A DNA stretch of 64,000 nt, taken from assembly GCA_000004985.1 (NCBI GenBank), contig GG738898.1. The stretch is one strand, 5' to 3'. This document shows positions 1-10,532 of the stretch, piece by piece (position 1 is the stretch's first letter; each line of letters opens with the position of its first letter). Source of the DNA: Naegleria gruberi (lineage: Eukaryota). The position numbers and the translations under genes were made by a program. The notes below the pieces were generated by a model. That model searched no databases. It was not told the origin of the DNA and was given only the letters and a program-made list of their open reading frames with translations.

Positions 1-530
1 TCAATGTTTATCAAACAAAGTTATTCGAAATATTCAATCTCTATATTTCCCAAATCTTTCATTACATCTCTAACTATTACTAAGCTACATTAAGAAAGAA
101 GCATTTCTAAACATTGACTTCAATTCGTTGACTTTCTATCCTAATTGTGACTGAAAGTCCACTCATTGAAATACAACTTGCGATCTATACTTGACTCTGC
201 ACAAACATTATGTTCCAGCAGAGTTGTACACAATTTTGGAAAACAACATTGCCATAACATATGTATCAGTAATAAGGATTGTTTGGTGAGGAGTGAGGAA
301 TATATGTAAGCGATTCTTTTATTTGGATCCCTATTGCTTACATTCAACATATTTGTAACAGAACTTCATGACACTTTTTACATCATTGCCACCTCATCAC
401 AATTTTGTAAACACATTCTCCACAACAACAACAACAGATCATCTTTGTCATCATCTTCCGATCAATTAAAAATAAATTCAATAAATTCTTTAGATGATGA
501 ACTTGTAAATTATTCATAGCAGCAAAAAAA

Positions 531-2611
531 ATGTGGAATATAATGGATCATATTTCGAGCGATCAGGCAAAGACCGTCACTGAGAAGGTTATTGATGAGG
601 AGGATGTTAGTAAATATTCGCATTGGTATTGTAGGGATGAAAGTCTTTTGAAGGAGGATGCGGAATCAAAGCCTAATGAAGAGGCCATCAGAAAAGTACA
701 AAATTCAATGATTTATTATTTGATCAGAGATGAAGAGACAAAATCGGATGCTGCTGATCAAAAACAACAAGTAGAAACAGAAACTGAAAAGACTAACGAT
801 GAAAACAATCAAGAAAAGAAAGAAGAAAACAAGGAAAAGAAAGAAGAAAAGATTCCGAATGATTTGTTTGAAATGGAAACAACTCAAGGAGAGGACGATC
901 TTGTTACGGTCAATTATAATAGATTGGGTCAGAAGGAAGAAGAGTTGGTCTATTTTACCATTCACATTCCAGATATTAAGAAGAAATTGTTGGTTTCTAG
1001 AGAATTACTATTGTTGGAAAGCAAGGTTTTTGAGGGAATGTTGAACAGTGAAATGTTGGAATCAAAATCAAATGAAATGACTCTCCAAAAGGAGCAAGCT
1101 CAAGAAGGTGAAAAATCATCATGTGAATACTTTGATTTGGCTATGGAATTTATTCATGTTGGAAAATTGGGTGTTTCCAAAACTTCATTCAATGAAAATG
1201 TTTCCAATATTATTGAATGGAAAGACTTGTTGGGTTTACTGAGAATTGCTGACGAATATCAAATTGAAAGTTTATCGAGAGCCATTTCAAGAGTTGTAAA
1301 TCAATTCAATGCTCTCACTATTGGAATTACTTGTTTGGAATTTTCAGCTGATTGTAAATCCATCATCTTGCCAAACGTGTGTGATAATTTGGCTTTCAAT
1401 CCAGCTTGCGTTGTATCGGATATGGTTTATTCTGGAATACCAATTGAAACTGCAAACCATGAAGAGGTTAACCAATACTTGGAAGATCCAAAACTTGCAC
1501 TCAAAGAGTATCCATTCCTCGATAGTAATTTAGCTCCTCCAACTTTGCACAAGATTCTTGCAACACCACTTGTGCAACCACTCGCAAAGATTATTATTTC
1601 ACTTCCAATTGAATTATTTGAAGGAATGATGACATCACCTTATTGCGCTCTTAAACAAGATCCAAAGATGGCATTCATTGTTTTGTGGATGCTTCAAGAT
1701 GTTGAGAATAGATATATTGATACTTTTAGATTATTGAAAAGTGTTGATTGGAGCTTGTGTGAAACTGAAATTCTCTACACACTCATCTACTTTGTATTTA
1801 TAGGAATTGGAAAAACATTGCCACAACATAAGAGTATTTGTGGAGAGGCTCACGACATGCTACACATGTCCATGTTTAGAAAAAATAATACTCTTTCTGA
1901 TGAGGATTGGTCAAACTATCTCACCAAATTATTTCCAGAAAGAGAACAAGGCAAAATCAGTCATCTACACAAGGAGTTGAGATTCTTGAATCTTGGAATT
2001 GATGCCTCTGGTAAAACAACACTTCTGTACAAACTTAAATTGGATGAGGTTGTCACAACTGTAAGTAATTTATGAGATTGTAATATTTCTTATAATTTAT
2101 AGATTCCAACCATTGGATTTAATGTAGAAACTGTAGATTATAAGAATGCCAAGATTACCATGGTAAGTTAAAGTATTGATTTTGTTATATTGACTTTAAA
2201 TAGTGGGATGTTGGTGGTGCTTACAAGCTTAGAGCTCTTTGGAGACACTATTACCAAAACACTAATGGCGTAGTTTTCGTTGTGGATTCTAATGATAGAG
2301 ACAGATTGGAGGAAGCAGCTGATGACCTCCACAAATTGGCTAAAGAAGACGAGCTCAAAGATTGTCCAATTTTAATTTTGGCTAACAAGCAAGACCTTCC
2401 AAATGCTATGAGTGTCGCAGAAATAGCAGACAAGATGAAATTAACTTCACTTTCACAAAAGAAATGGTTCATTCAAGCATGTTGCGCTCTGACTGGTGAA
2501 GGATTGTATGAAGGTCTGGAATGGGCTGTTGAATCATGTAATGTGAAACTTGTGAATACTCCAAAGGGTAATCTTCAAAAGTTCTCTCATTTCGGAACTA
2601 TGACATTTTAA
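531..2611 (+). CDS. BTB-domain/ARF-like small GTPase fusion protein. Exons: 531..2060, 2103..2162, 2204..2611.
   Basis: Exon 1 has an acidic/Lys-rich N-terminus and a BTB/POZ-like block (VYFTIHIPD...[19 protein letters not shown]...[13 protein letters not shown]). The ARF G1 motif [14 protein letters not shown] ends exon 1. The introns are gtaagt...tag (42 nt) and gtaagt...aatag (41 nt). Exons 2-3 read [20 protein letters not shown]|[16 protein letters not shown]...ILANKQDLP...CALTGEGL, which is ARF switch I/II with NKxD and SA(T) motifs. Stop TAA at 2609-2611. A-tract precedes ATG 531. Confidence 0.8.
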
Positions 2612-2788
2612 AGAACGCTTAATATATTTACTTTAATTTCTATTTACCGCAATTTATTTCCCCAAGTATCGAATAAGATGAAGTTGAGTTCTTACAAAGG
2701 AAATACTTTATTCTCTCGAAATGATTCGGTCAATATTAACACTAATGTGTACACTAAAAATTGATAATTTTGGATGATATTTCACAAC

Positions 2789-3193
2789 TTAACACCATCT
2801 AACACCTCCAGCACAACCATATCCGGCGCCATAACCATAACCACCATAATAAGGAACAGCTCCATATCCACCATAATATGGAACTCCATAACCTCCATAT
2901 CCACCATAGAATGGCATTGAGTAAGCACTTCCATAATTATTTCCATAACTTGTTGGACCAACATATGAAGATCCATAACTTGAGTATGGATTTGAGTTGA
3001 CAGCATTAATTTGATTCAAATAGGATTGAGTGTTTTGAGCATATTGATTGTAATTTCCTCCAGTGACTCCATAGTTAGAACCAGCACCTCCATATGAACC
3101 ATAATTGTTGCCATAATTGTTGCTATATTGGCAGTTGACCAAGCATGCAGCTAAGAGAAGAGTTGCGACAAGAGCAGTGATGAATTTGTTCAT
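2789..3193 (-). CDS. Small secreted Gly/Tyr/Asn-rich protein (signal peptide plus GYG repeats)
   Basis: ATG at 3193. N-terminal hydrophobic signal MNKFITALVATLLLAACLVNC, followed by YGGYG/NYG low-complexity repeats. Confidence 0.55.
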   Translation of the reverse strand: MNKFITALVATLLLAACLVNCQYSNNYGNNYGSYGGAGSNYGVTGGNYNQYAQNTQSYLNQINAVNSNPYSSYGSSYVGPTSYGNNYGSAYSMPFYGGYGGYGVPYYGGYGAVPYYGGYGYGAGYGCAGGVRWC

Positions 3194-3507
3194 TGTTTTG
3201 ATTTGTTTTTTATCTGAATTGAATGAGAATGAAAGTTTCTTGGTATTTATATGTTTGGAAAAATTGTTTTGGATGCTAACATCTTGTTTTCTAAATGTAA
3301 ATTGGACAAAATAGGAATGGTTGTTGTGGATTTTGTGTAATTTAGGATGATTTTGAAATGTAAATAGAAATTCGACTAAAATGTAATTATTCGATTAATG
3401 TAATTATCTGATCTTTGCAAATTTTTGATAGAATTATCTTGGTTGTTGCCAATATTTAGAATAATAATCACCACCAATGTCTCAACACTAGAATAAATTT
3501 ATTGAAT

Positions 3508-4020
3508 TTAAATAGTGTTGGAATTATCCTGATTAACTTCTAGTTGATTACTTTCTCTCTTCTTTGAAATGAACAAAGCATTCACAACCAAACAAAACAA
3601 TTCAAAGGACACAATAAAACTTGCAGGAAATCTAATTTCAAAATTATTTCCAAAACCATAGAACACGAAAGGAAAATCTCCAACAAGAATCGAAACAATT
3701 TGAAGAACAGACACACCACTCAATATGAAATAATTAACTCCTTCATGATGGAGAATGTAGAATAGACCAGCCAATAGAACCTTAATTATTAATGCAATAG
3801 TTTGAATGAAATTCTTCTCCTTATCACTTCCCAAAAACGTGTAACATACAAGCATTAGTAGCATGGAAAAAACTAAATATCCACTCTGTGGTAGTCGTTC
3901 TTGTTCCTTAATTTGGTTGCACTCTTGCTGATTGTTGCTAAGACTTGGTAGAGTTTGAGATTGTTCAACGTCTTTTGGATTGTTACTTTCATCAATTGAG
4001 AGCATAGTATTTGTTTGCAT
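3508..4020 (-). CDS. Small multi-pass membrane protein, paralog A of a tandem pair
   Basis: ATG at 4020. Predicted 4 TM helices. Shares the block TIALIIKxLLxxLxxI...NYFILxGVxxxQxVSILVGD with the 4143..4730 gene. Confidence 0.6.
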   Translation of the reverse strand: MQTNTMLSIDESNNPKDVEQSQTLPSLSNNQQECNQIKEQERLPQSGYLVFSMLLMLVCYTFLGSDKEKNFIQTIALIIKVLLAGLFYILHHEGVNYFILSGVSVLQIVSILVGDFPFVFYGFGNNFEIRFPASFIVSFELFCLVVNALFISKKRESNQLEVNQDNSNTI

Positions 4021-4142
4021 TCTTTTTTAATTATTATCTTTTTTTTATTTGAGGGTTTTGTTAAGAATTTATTCCAAAAGGTTCCATATGAACTTGTTTC
4101 TTCCTATTTAGTATTAATTACGCAGAAGTGAATAAAGTTCAA

Positions 4143-4730
4143 TTAGACTTGCTGTTGAGAAGGAATTGTGTTGTTGGTGTGAGCTATTTGCTTGGTTTCA
4201 CTCCTCTTCTTCTTTATCACCATTACAATGCTCAGTACCAAACTAAACAATTCCAAGGTCATCATTGAATAGATGGGAATGAGAACAGCCGTATCAAAAA
4301 CTCTTTCATTTGGAAAGAACATTATCAAAAACAAGAGTGAATCACCAACAAGAATCGAAACAAACTGAATGGCACACACTCCAATCAAGATGAAATAATT
4401 TCCAAAACTACAGATAATTACGCTCAGAGCAGAAAGTACAAGTTTGATTAACAGTGCAATAGTTCCAATGAATGCCTTCTCCTCAACACTACCCAAAAAC
4501 AAGTACACCACCAATAGAATGAGCATGACTACAACAAGACATGTTTGAATAATCCTCTCTGTGAGAATGTTAGTCAATAGAATCCTTTTCACCTTTTCTG
4601 CTTTGCTCTCTGACTCATGTTGTTGGATTAACAAATCTTCCAGTTGTGATTGAGGATAATGAGCTGCCATACCTCCTTGTGATTGGTCAGTATCTTCTTC
4701 ATCTTGTGAGTGGTTGTTGCTTGTTTGCAT
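4143..4730 (-). CDS. Small multi-pass membrane protein, paralog B of a tandem pair
   Basis: ATG at 4730. Same TM-core motifs as 3508..4020, with a longer acidic N-terminus. Confidence 0.6.
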   Translation of the reverse strand: MQTSNNHSQDEEDTDQSQGGMAAHYPQSQLEDLLIQQHESESKAEKVKRILLTNILTERIIQTCLVVVMLILLVVYLFLGSVEEKAFIGTIALLIKLVLSALSVIICSFGNYFILIGVCAIQFVSILVGDSLLFLIMFFPNERVFDTAVLIPIYSMMTLELFSLVLSIVMVIKKKRSETKQIAHTNNTIPSQQQV

Positions 4731-5947
4731 TCTTTTTGTACTTTTCTATTATTGAATTGTTCCATAGCATAGAATTTATGAGAGAAGTATATTGGATTGT
4801 TATTAGAAGGGTATGATAAAAATGTATTGGACTCGAAGTATCATTAGTAATTAATGAATCTAAAATGTTTCCATTTGCTCTCTTCTCATAGATCTAGTAT
4901 TTTTAAATACAATAATATTAATTAAATTAAAATTATTAATTAATACAAGTAGCTAAATAATATTGTTCTGGTTTTTTGAATAAAAGATAAAATTATGATA
5001 GATGTGATCATCTTTTCAGGGTCTCATGGAATTGTTTCTTCCAGTCAACAAGCGGGATGATCAGGTTTGGCTGGGGTTGCTATAAACATAGATCCTTACC
5101 GTTCTCCAGTCGGGGAAGAACAGCAATGGGCATGAATCCTAGTTGTGTGGGTATTAACCAGATGATGAATTCAACCTTTTCGGAGGCATCTTATTAAAAA
5201 TGAAGGAAATTGTTGTGGTTTGAATATTTTTTAATAATAATTGAAGTAATTTGGTATTTTGGAATATGATGAAGAACAAGTAAGAAAGATGAAGATAGGT
5301 TATTCGAGTAGTGGTTGTTTTTTTGTTTATTGTGGAAGTTAATCCAGATTGATGGTTGAATGGAAATCTAACCGTTACACAAAATTTAAATTAAATTTTA
5401 ATAAAATCAGAATTAATAAATTATTAGAATTAGAAAAAAATTCCTCTCCACACCTTCATCATGCCATCATAAATATTTTAGAAGACAATTTATGCCAATC
5501 AATTTTCACACTCACAGATGTGCCGATACCTCAATAAGCTCTCCATAGTTTCTTTTGGGACTGTAGTTTACAAACTTCAAAGACCTTTAAAAGAAGTGAT
5601 GATACTTCATCACCGAAGCTTCTCTTTCAACACACCTTTGCTTGATACCATTTAACTCACAAATAATCACAATAAGTTGAATCAACTTGTCATGTAATAG
5701 ATAACGAACAACACTATTAACAGCTCATGTTCATCATTCATTATCCATGTTCACAACATATTAAATTCATGCCAAATATTTTAACCATTTTCTTCTCAAA
5801 AAGTCTAAATAAGTCCATCAAATGTGCATGGTCTATTCCGAGAGCTAAGAAATTTAAAATAAAAAATCAAAAAAAAACATCTTTTTCATACAACACACTC
5901 ACAACAATCAAAGCTGTTGAATTAAAAAAGATATTACTAAATTATTA

Positions 5948-8450
5948 TTGAAAATGAGTCAACCACCTTCCGAACCAACTCAACCAGTATCATCATCACA
6001 GTATGTAGAAAGTCTACCAATTCCAGAGGAATCATCACCAAGATTTAGATCAAATTCAAGGTCTCGAGATGGACCACTCTCTCCTACCTTCCAAAAGATG
6101 CCAGCCGATGTTTGGGATTTATCCTCTGAACACCATTCGAAAAAAGCTTCTCTTCCAAAATCACCATCAAGCTTATTAAAGGGATCTAACTGCAATTTGC
6201 AACAAATTGGAAAAACCAACTCATCATCTCAAGTTACACATCATTCAAAGACAAAATTAACTTTGGACATTATTCGTAAATTGCCAAAAGCTGAATTGCA
6301 CAGACACTTGGATGGTTCTGTTCGTGTTGAAACCATCATTGAACTTGCCAAGGAACAAGGTGTCGATTTGCCATCATTTGATGTTGAAGAATTGAGAAAA
6401 CTTGTCTCTGTTACAAATGATTGCACTTCACTTGTTGAATATTTACGTGGCTTTGATATTTCCCTCTCTGTCATGCAAAAGAGATACAGTATCACACGTA
6501 TCATGTACGAAGTTTGTGAAGATGCTGGAANNNNNNNNNNNNNNNNNNNNNNNNNNNNNNNNNNNNNNNNNNNNNNNNNNAGGTATGAGACAAATGGATA
6601 GCAAGATTACCTTGCAACTTGCAGAAATTGCTTGGCGTTACAGAGACCGTGGTGTCTGTGCCTTTGACTTGGCTGGGCCAGAAAATGGCTTCTCCTCAAA
6701 GAACCATGCTTCTGCATTTGAATTAGTTCATCGTAAAATGTTGAACTGCACTCTTCACTCTGGTGAAGCCAGTGGTTGGGAATCTATTCAAGATTCAATT
6801 CGTTATTGTGGTGCTAATCGTATTGGTCACGGAACTCACTTGAAGGAAAATCCAGACCTCACTCAATATGTTGCCAATCACAGAATTCCAATCGAAATTT
6901 GTATCACCAGTAACTTGCAAACTAAGGCCATTCAAAAATTCGAAGAACATCCAGTTCGTGAATTCTTTGATTATGGTATTGTACTTGTTCCATGTACTGA
7001 TAATACTACTGTTAGTAATGTAACACTCTCTGAAGAATACTTGTTAATTCAAAACCAATTCGGATTTGATGTTAAGGAAATTGTCAAACTCATTGATTAT
7101 GGTTTCCGTTCTGCATTCTTGGACTTGTCTATTAAGAACAGACTCCGTGCTGATGCTCTCCATACCATTCAAGAAATCCTCTCCAGTGAAGGATACGACT
7201 TGACAAGTAGTTTCTCTGCCAAGTCTGCTGTTGATTTGGGCTTTGATTTCAACAATAGAGCTGAAATTCTCCCAGTTGACTATGATCTCTACAAGAATGA
7301 AACCATCAGACAATTCATCAATTCCATTCCAAAGGCTGATGTTAACTGTCGTTTCAATGGTTCAGTTTCTGTTGATACTTTGTGGACAAACTTGTCACAC
7401 GATGAATACTCTACCGATTTCCTCAATTTGGAATTGGAATTATTAGGATTGGGAAGAATTCACTCCAAGAATGAATTGGAATGTCTTATTAGACCACCTG
7501 GAGCCAAGCATGACAAGTCAACAATTGCTCGTGCCATTCAAGTCATGTCCTTGTTCTTACAAACTAAGAGTCAAATTATTCATGGTTGTGAAGATATTTT
7601 AGAAAAGGCTGCTGCTGAGCATGTCTTTTATCTTGAATTACAAGTGAGACCAACTATGCACACCAAGAGAGGTCTCAGTGCTCAAGAAGTTTTGGATGTC
7701 ATGGTTGTTACTATCAATGAATGCAGCAAGAGATATAATATTCAAGTTGGTCTCGTTGTTTATGGTGATTTTACTTCCGATGGTTTGGACCAATTGAAAG
7801 AACTTTCCCTCCTCACCATTAGAAATAAGAAGAATTTGGTTGGTTTTGGTTTCTTTGGATACAATGATGAAAAGGGTGCTATCCTCCCTGAATTAATCCC
7901 AGTTTTCAACATGTTGAAGAATCATCAAATTAACGTTTGCTGTTCTGCTGGTTTCTATAATCCTCTCAGTGTCATTCCTGCTATCCATGATGTTGGTGCT
8001 TCTAGATTGAGTGGTTGTTTCTCCATCCACTCTTCTCCATCTGTCATGAGCTACTTGTGTGACAATGGTGTTCCTATTGAAATTTCCATGACTGATACTT
8101 TGAAGAATCTCACAAAGGAAGTTAATGAATTTGCTGGATCTGCTGTCAGATTATTCTTGGATAGAGGTATCAAGGTTGCTCCATGTTCACTCGATTTGAC
8201 CTTGTACGATATGAATCGTTCTGAAAATATCTACTTGATGTCTAAGGAATGCAATTTGAGTTTGAACGAAGTTGTTCAACTCATGTTAATTGGTTTCCGT
8301 ATCTGTTTCCAAAACTATTGGACTCGTAAGGAAATGTTCATTGGTGCCTATCACACAATGTTGAAATTGGTTGATAATTTGAAACTCACATTTGACACTG
8401 ATTCATTCTCCCTCTTCTGTTCCTCATACAATCCAGCGGAAAAGGATTGA
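5948..8450 (+). CDS. Adenosine/AMP deaminase-family protein with tandem ADA-like domains. Spans the 50-N gap at 6531-6580, which causes an apparent frame change.
   Basis: Domain 1: LPKAELHRHLDGS (His-His metal site), LHSGEASG (HxGE), NRIGHG, VPCTDN. Domain 2 (about 7300-8450) has the same fold-order motifs but is degenerate: CRFNGS, CCSAGF, RLSGCF, SMTDT. The N-terminal 100 aa are Ser-rich. Stop at 8448-8450. Confidence 0.75.
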
Positions 8451-8694
8451 TTCTAAATTAACTTTAAATTATAAATATTTATTGTAAAAAATATTAACAC
8501 ATCATCATGGTGTCACTTCTTCTCAGTATTAAACTGAACAGTTATCTGTTAGGAATGCTTTCTCTCTTATACTATCTACTCTATTACTTTGGATCGAGAA
8601 AACCACAAATTCCGAATCAAAATCTTCTCGGAAAGAACAAACAACAAGCAAAGAATCTTCTCCAACAACACAAATTGGACAGCCATCACCAACA

Positions 8695-9537
8695 ATGGAT
8701 CCACTCACTGCTCAAATTCAATTCACAAAACGACCAATTCTCTACATGTCTCGTTTGGGAAAGGTTTTATTGTCTAACAAGTGGTTCCGAGTTGTGTGTG
8801 GAATTTTACTTTTGGCTGGTTGTGATGTTTTGGCTTGGATGATGACAGTTTCATGCTTGGTGGTGACTGGATTTGTGCTGTATGGAGTTTCCATGTTCAG
8901 AAAGAGAAAGGAATGTAGTATTGCGCATGGCAAAGACGAGCAAGATATTGAATGGTTGAATGAAACTCTTGGTGGCGATATTTCATTGGTGGATGATGCA
9001 CTTGGTCAAGTAATTGAGAGTTGTAAGAGTGAAAAGAAGAGTTTGATTATTGTGGGAGTTGGATTGGGAGCTGTTTTGAAGAGATTGGAAAAATTAAATC
9101 ACTTGATGGAACAATTCGAAAATGTGAAAGTTTTGGAACCAAATGAAACAATTATTAGAAAATGCAAGGAAATAGCAACAAGTAGTAAGATTGAATTTTT
9201 GAGCTGTGAATATTTGGATATTTCCAAATGTTCAGCCGATATTGTCATGTTACAAATGGAATATTTGAAGCATTTAGACAACAAGTCAATTGCTCAATTA
9301 ATTCAGAATTGCAGAAATATTGCAAAGGTTGGATTGATTATTGGTGATTTACAAAGATCAAATTTTATTGGCATGCTTACATTGATCAATGTTGGTTCCT
9401 GTATTTCTACTCATGATTTATTAACTTTGAGTGAGTGGAATAACTTTTTGAATCGCCAAGTTAAAGTGGAAACAAATCAAATCTCGAGTGTTTGGACATT
9501 CGGAAGAACTACCTTGATGGTGAGTGGAAATATTTAA
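8695..9537 (+). CDS. Hypothetical membrane-anchored protein with a Rossmann-like GxGxG motif
   Basis: ATG at 8695. Two N-terminal TM segments, then LIIVGVGLGAVLKRL. No confident family. Its stop overlaps the stop of the convergent gene 9534..10532. Confidence 0.45.
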   Translation: MDPLTAQIQFTKRPILYMSRLGKVLLSNKWFRVVCGILLLAGCDVLAWMMTVSCLVVTGFVLYGVSMFRKRKECSIAHGKDEQDIEWLNETLGGDISLVDDALGQVIESCKSEKKSLIIVGVGLGAVLKRLEKLNHLMEQFENVKVLEPNETIIRKCKEIATSSKIEFLSCEYLDISKCSADIVMLQMEYLKHLDNKSIAQLIQNCRNIAKVGLIIGDLQRSNFIGMLTLINVGSCISTHDLLTLSEWNNFLNRQVKVETNQISSVWTFGRTTLMVSGNI

Positions 9538-10532
9538 CAGCACTTTGAATCTTCAGTCAAGAGGCAAGTCTTCTTCACATAGTGATAGAGTATTTGAGAT
9601 TCTTCGTATCTGTATGATTTCCACGATTCTACTAACTGAGTGATCCATTCCTTGATTAATAATTGTTCAGATTCAGTTAGTGAATTGTCTTGAATGAAAG
9701 ATTCAAAGAAGCTCTGATTTTCCAAGTATTTAATTGGACAATCTCTTAGTGAAATCCATTCTTCTATCATATTCTCTTTCATAGCTTGGTTCAATTGAGC
9801 AGAGAGTTTGCTCTTTAGAGATTCCACCAACTTTCCAAAATTCATACCGATTGGAATAATTCGATTTGTCAATTGGCAATGCCTTTCCAGCGATAATTCA
9901 AAAACTCTTTCCATAGAATCTAATGAATCCACAAATAAATCCTCCAAACCTTCGCACACTACATCATCCAACAATACTACAGCTCGATAGGCAAACCAAT
10001 TTCCAATCTCTGGATGAAAACTCAAATACGAAATTCCATTCTCATAAAAAGCAAAACCAGAAACCTGGCCAGCTACTTGAATGGCGACTCTCGGATAATT
10101 TCCAATAAATTCATGGCTGTAAAATGTTGAAGTTGGTTGTTTTTCATCACAACTTTCCATTACTTTTTTCACACAATCCATCGTATAGGAATCGAGTGGA
10201 TTCTTCTGCTGTAAATTTCCATTCTTATCAATCAAATGATTCTCCACAAGATGACCCTTGAATTTAGGCCATAAATTCTTTGTATTTCCAATCAAAATGG
10301 CTACACAATCATCATCGGAATTTGAATTTTTCTTTAATTTTTCATACGGTTTCAACAATGTTTCTGGAGTTTTCTGTTGTGATTTATAATATTGATTGTA
10401 TCTGGAGAGTGGAAATGGTTGGAAAATATCAAAACCACACTCGGCAAGTTTAGCTTTGGCTTGTGTTAAAAAATTACGAGCTTGACATGCTTTCATTTTT
10501 TTAATTTGGGTTTTGTTGTAATCCAAACTCAT
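9534..10532 (-). CDS. MMACHC: MMACHC (cblC)-like cobalamin-processing protein
   Basis: ECGFDIFQPFPLSRYNQ aligns with human MMACHC CPFGFEVYPFQVAWYNE. HPEIGNWFAYRAVVLLDDV aligns with HPRFGGWFAIRGVVLLPGI. ATG at 10532 overlaps the upstream stop (ATGA). An alternative start is Met14. Confidence 0.75.
   Translation of the reverse strand: MSLDYNKTQIKKMKACQARNFLTQAKAKLAECGFDIFQPFPLSRYNQYYKSQQKTPETLLKPYEKLKKNSNSDDDCVAILIGNTKNLWPKFKGHLVENHLIDKNGNLQQKNPLDSYTMDCVKKVMESCDEKQPTSTFYSHEFIGNYPRVAIQVAGQVSGFAFYENGISYLSFHPEIGNWFAYRAVVLLDDVVCEGLEDLFVDSLDSMERVFELSLERHCQLTNRIIPIGMNFGKLVESLKSKLSAQLNQAMKENMIEEWISLRDCPIKYLENQSFFESFIQDNSLTESEQLLIKEWITQLVESWKSYRYEESQILYHYVKKTCLLTEDSKCC

Noticed and set aside
141-519. 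Short ORFs 141..350 (-) and 334..519 (+) upstream of the BTB-ARF gene
   Set aside because: Low-complexity, no motifs, and they overlap the likely promoter/5'UTR. Treated as chance ORFs.
8507-8842. ORF 8507..8842 overlapping the start of gene 8695..9537 in another frame
   Set aside because: No splice signals link it to the downstream frame. It is more likely an upstream ORF or 5'UTR read-through. It is kept out of the gene model.
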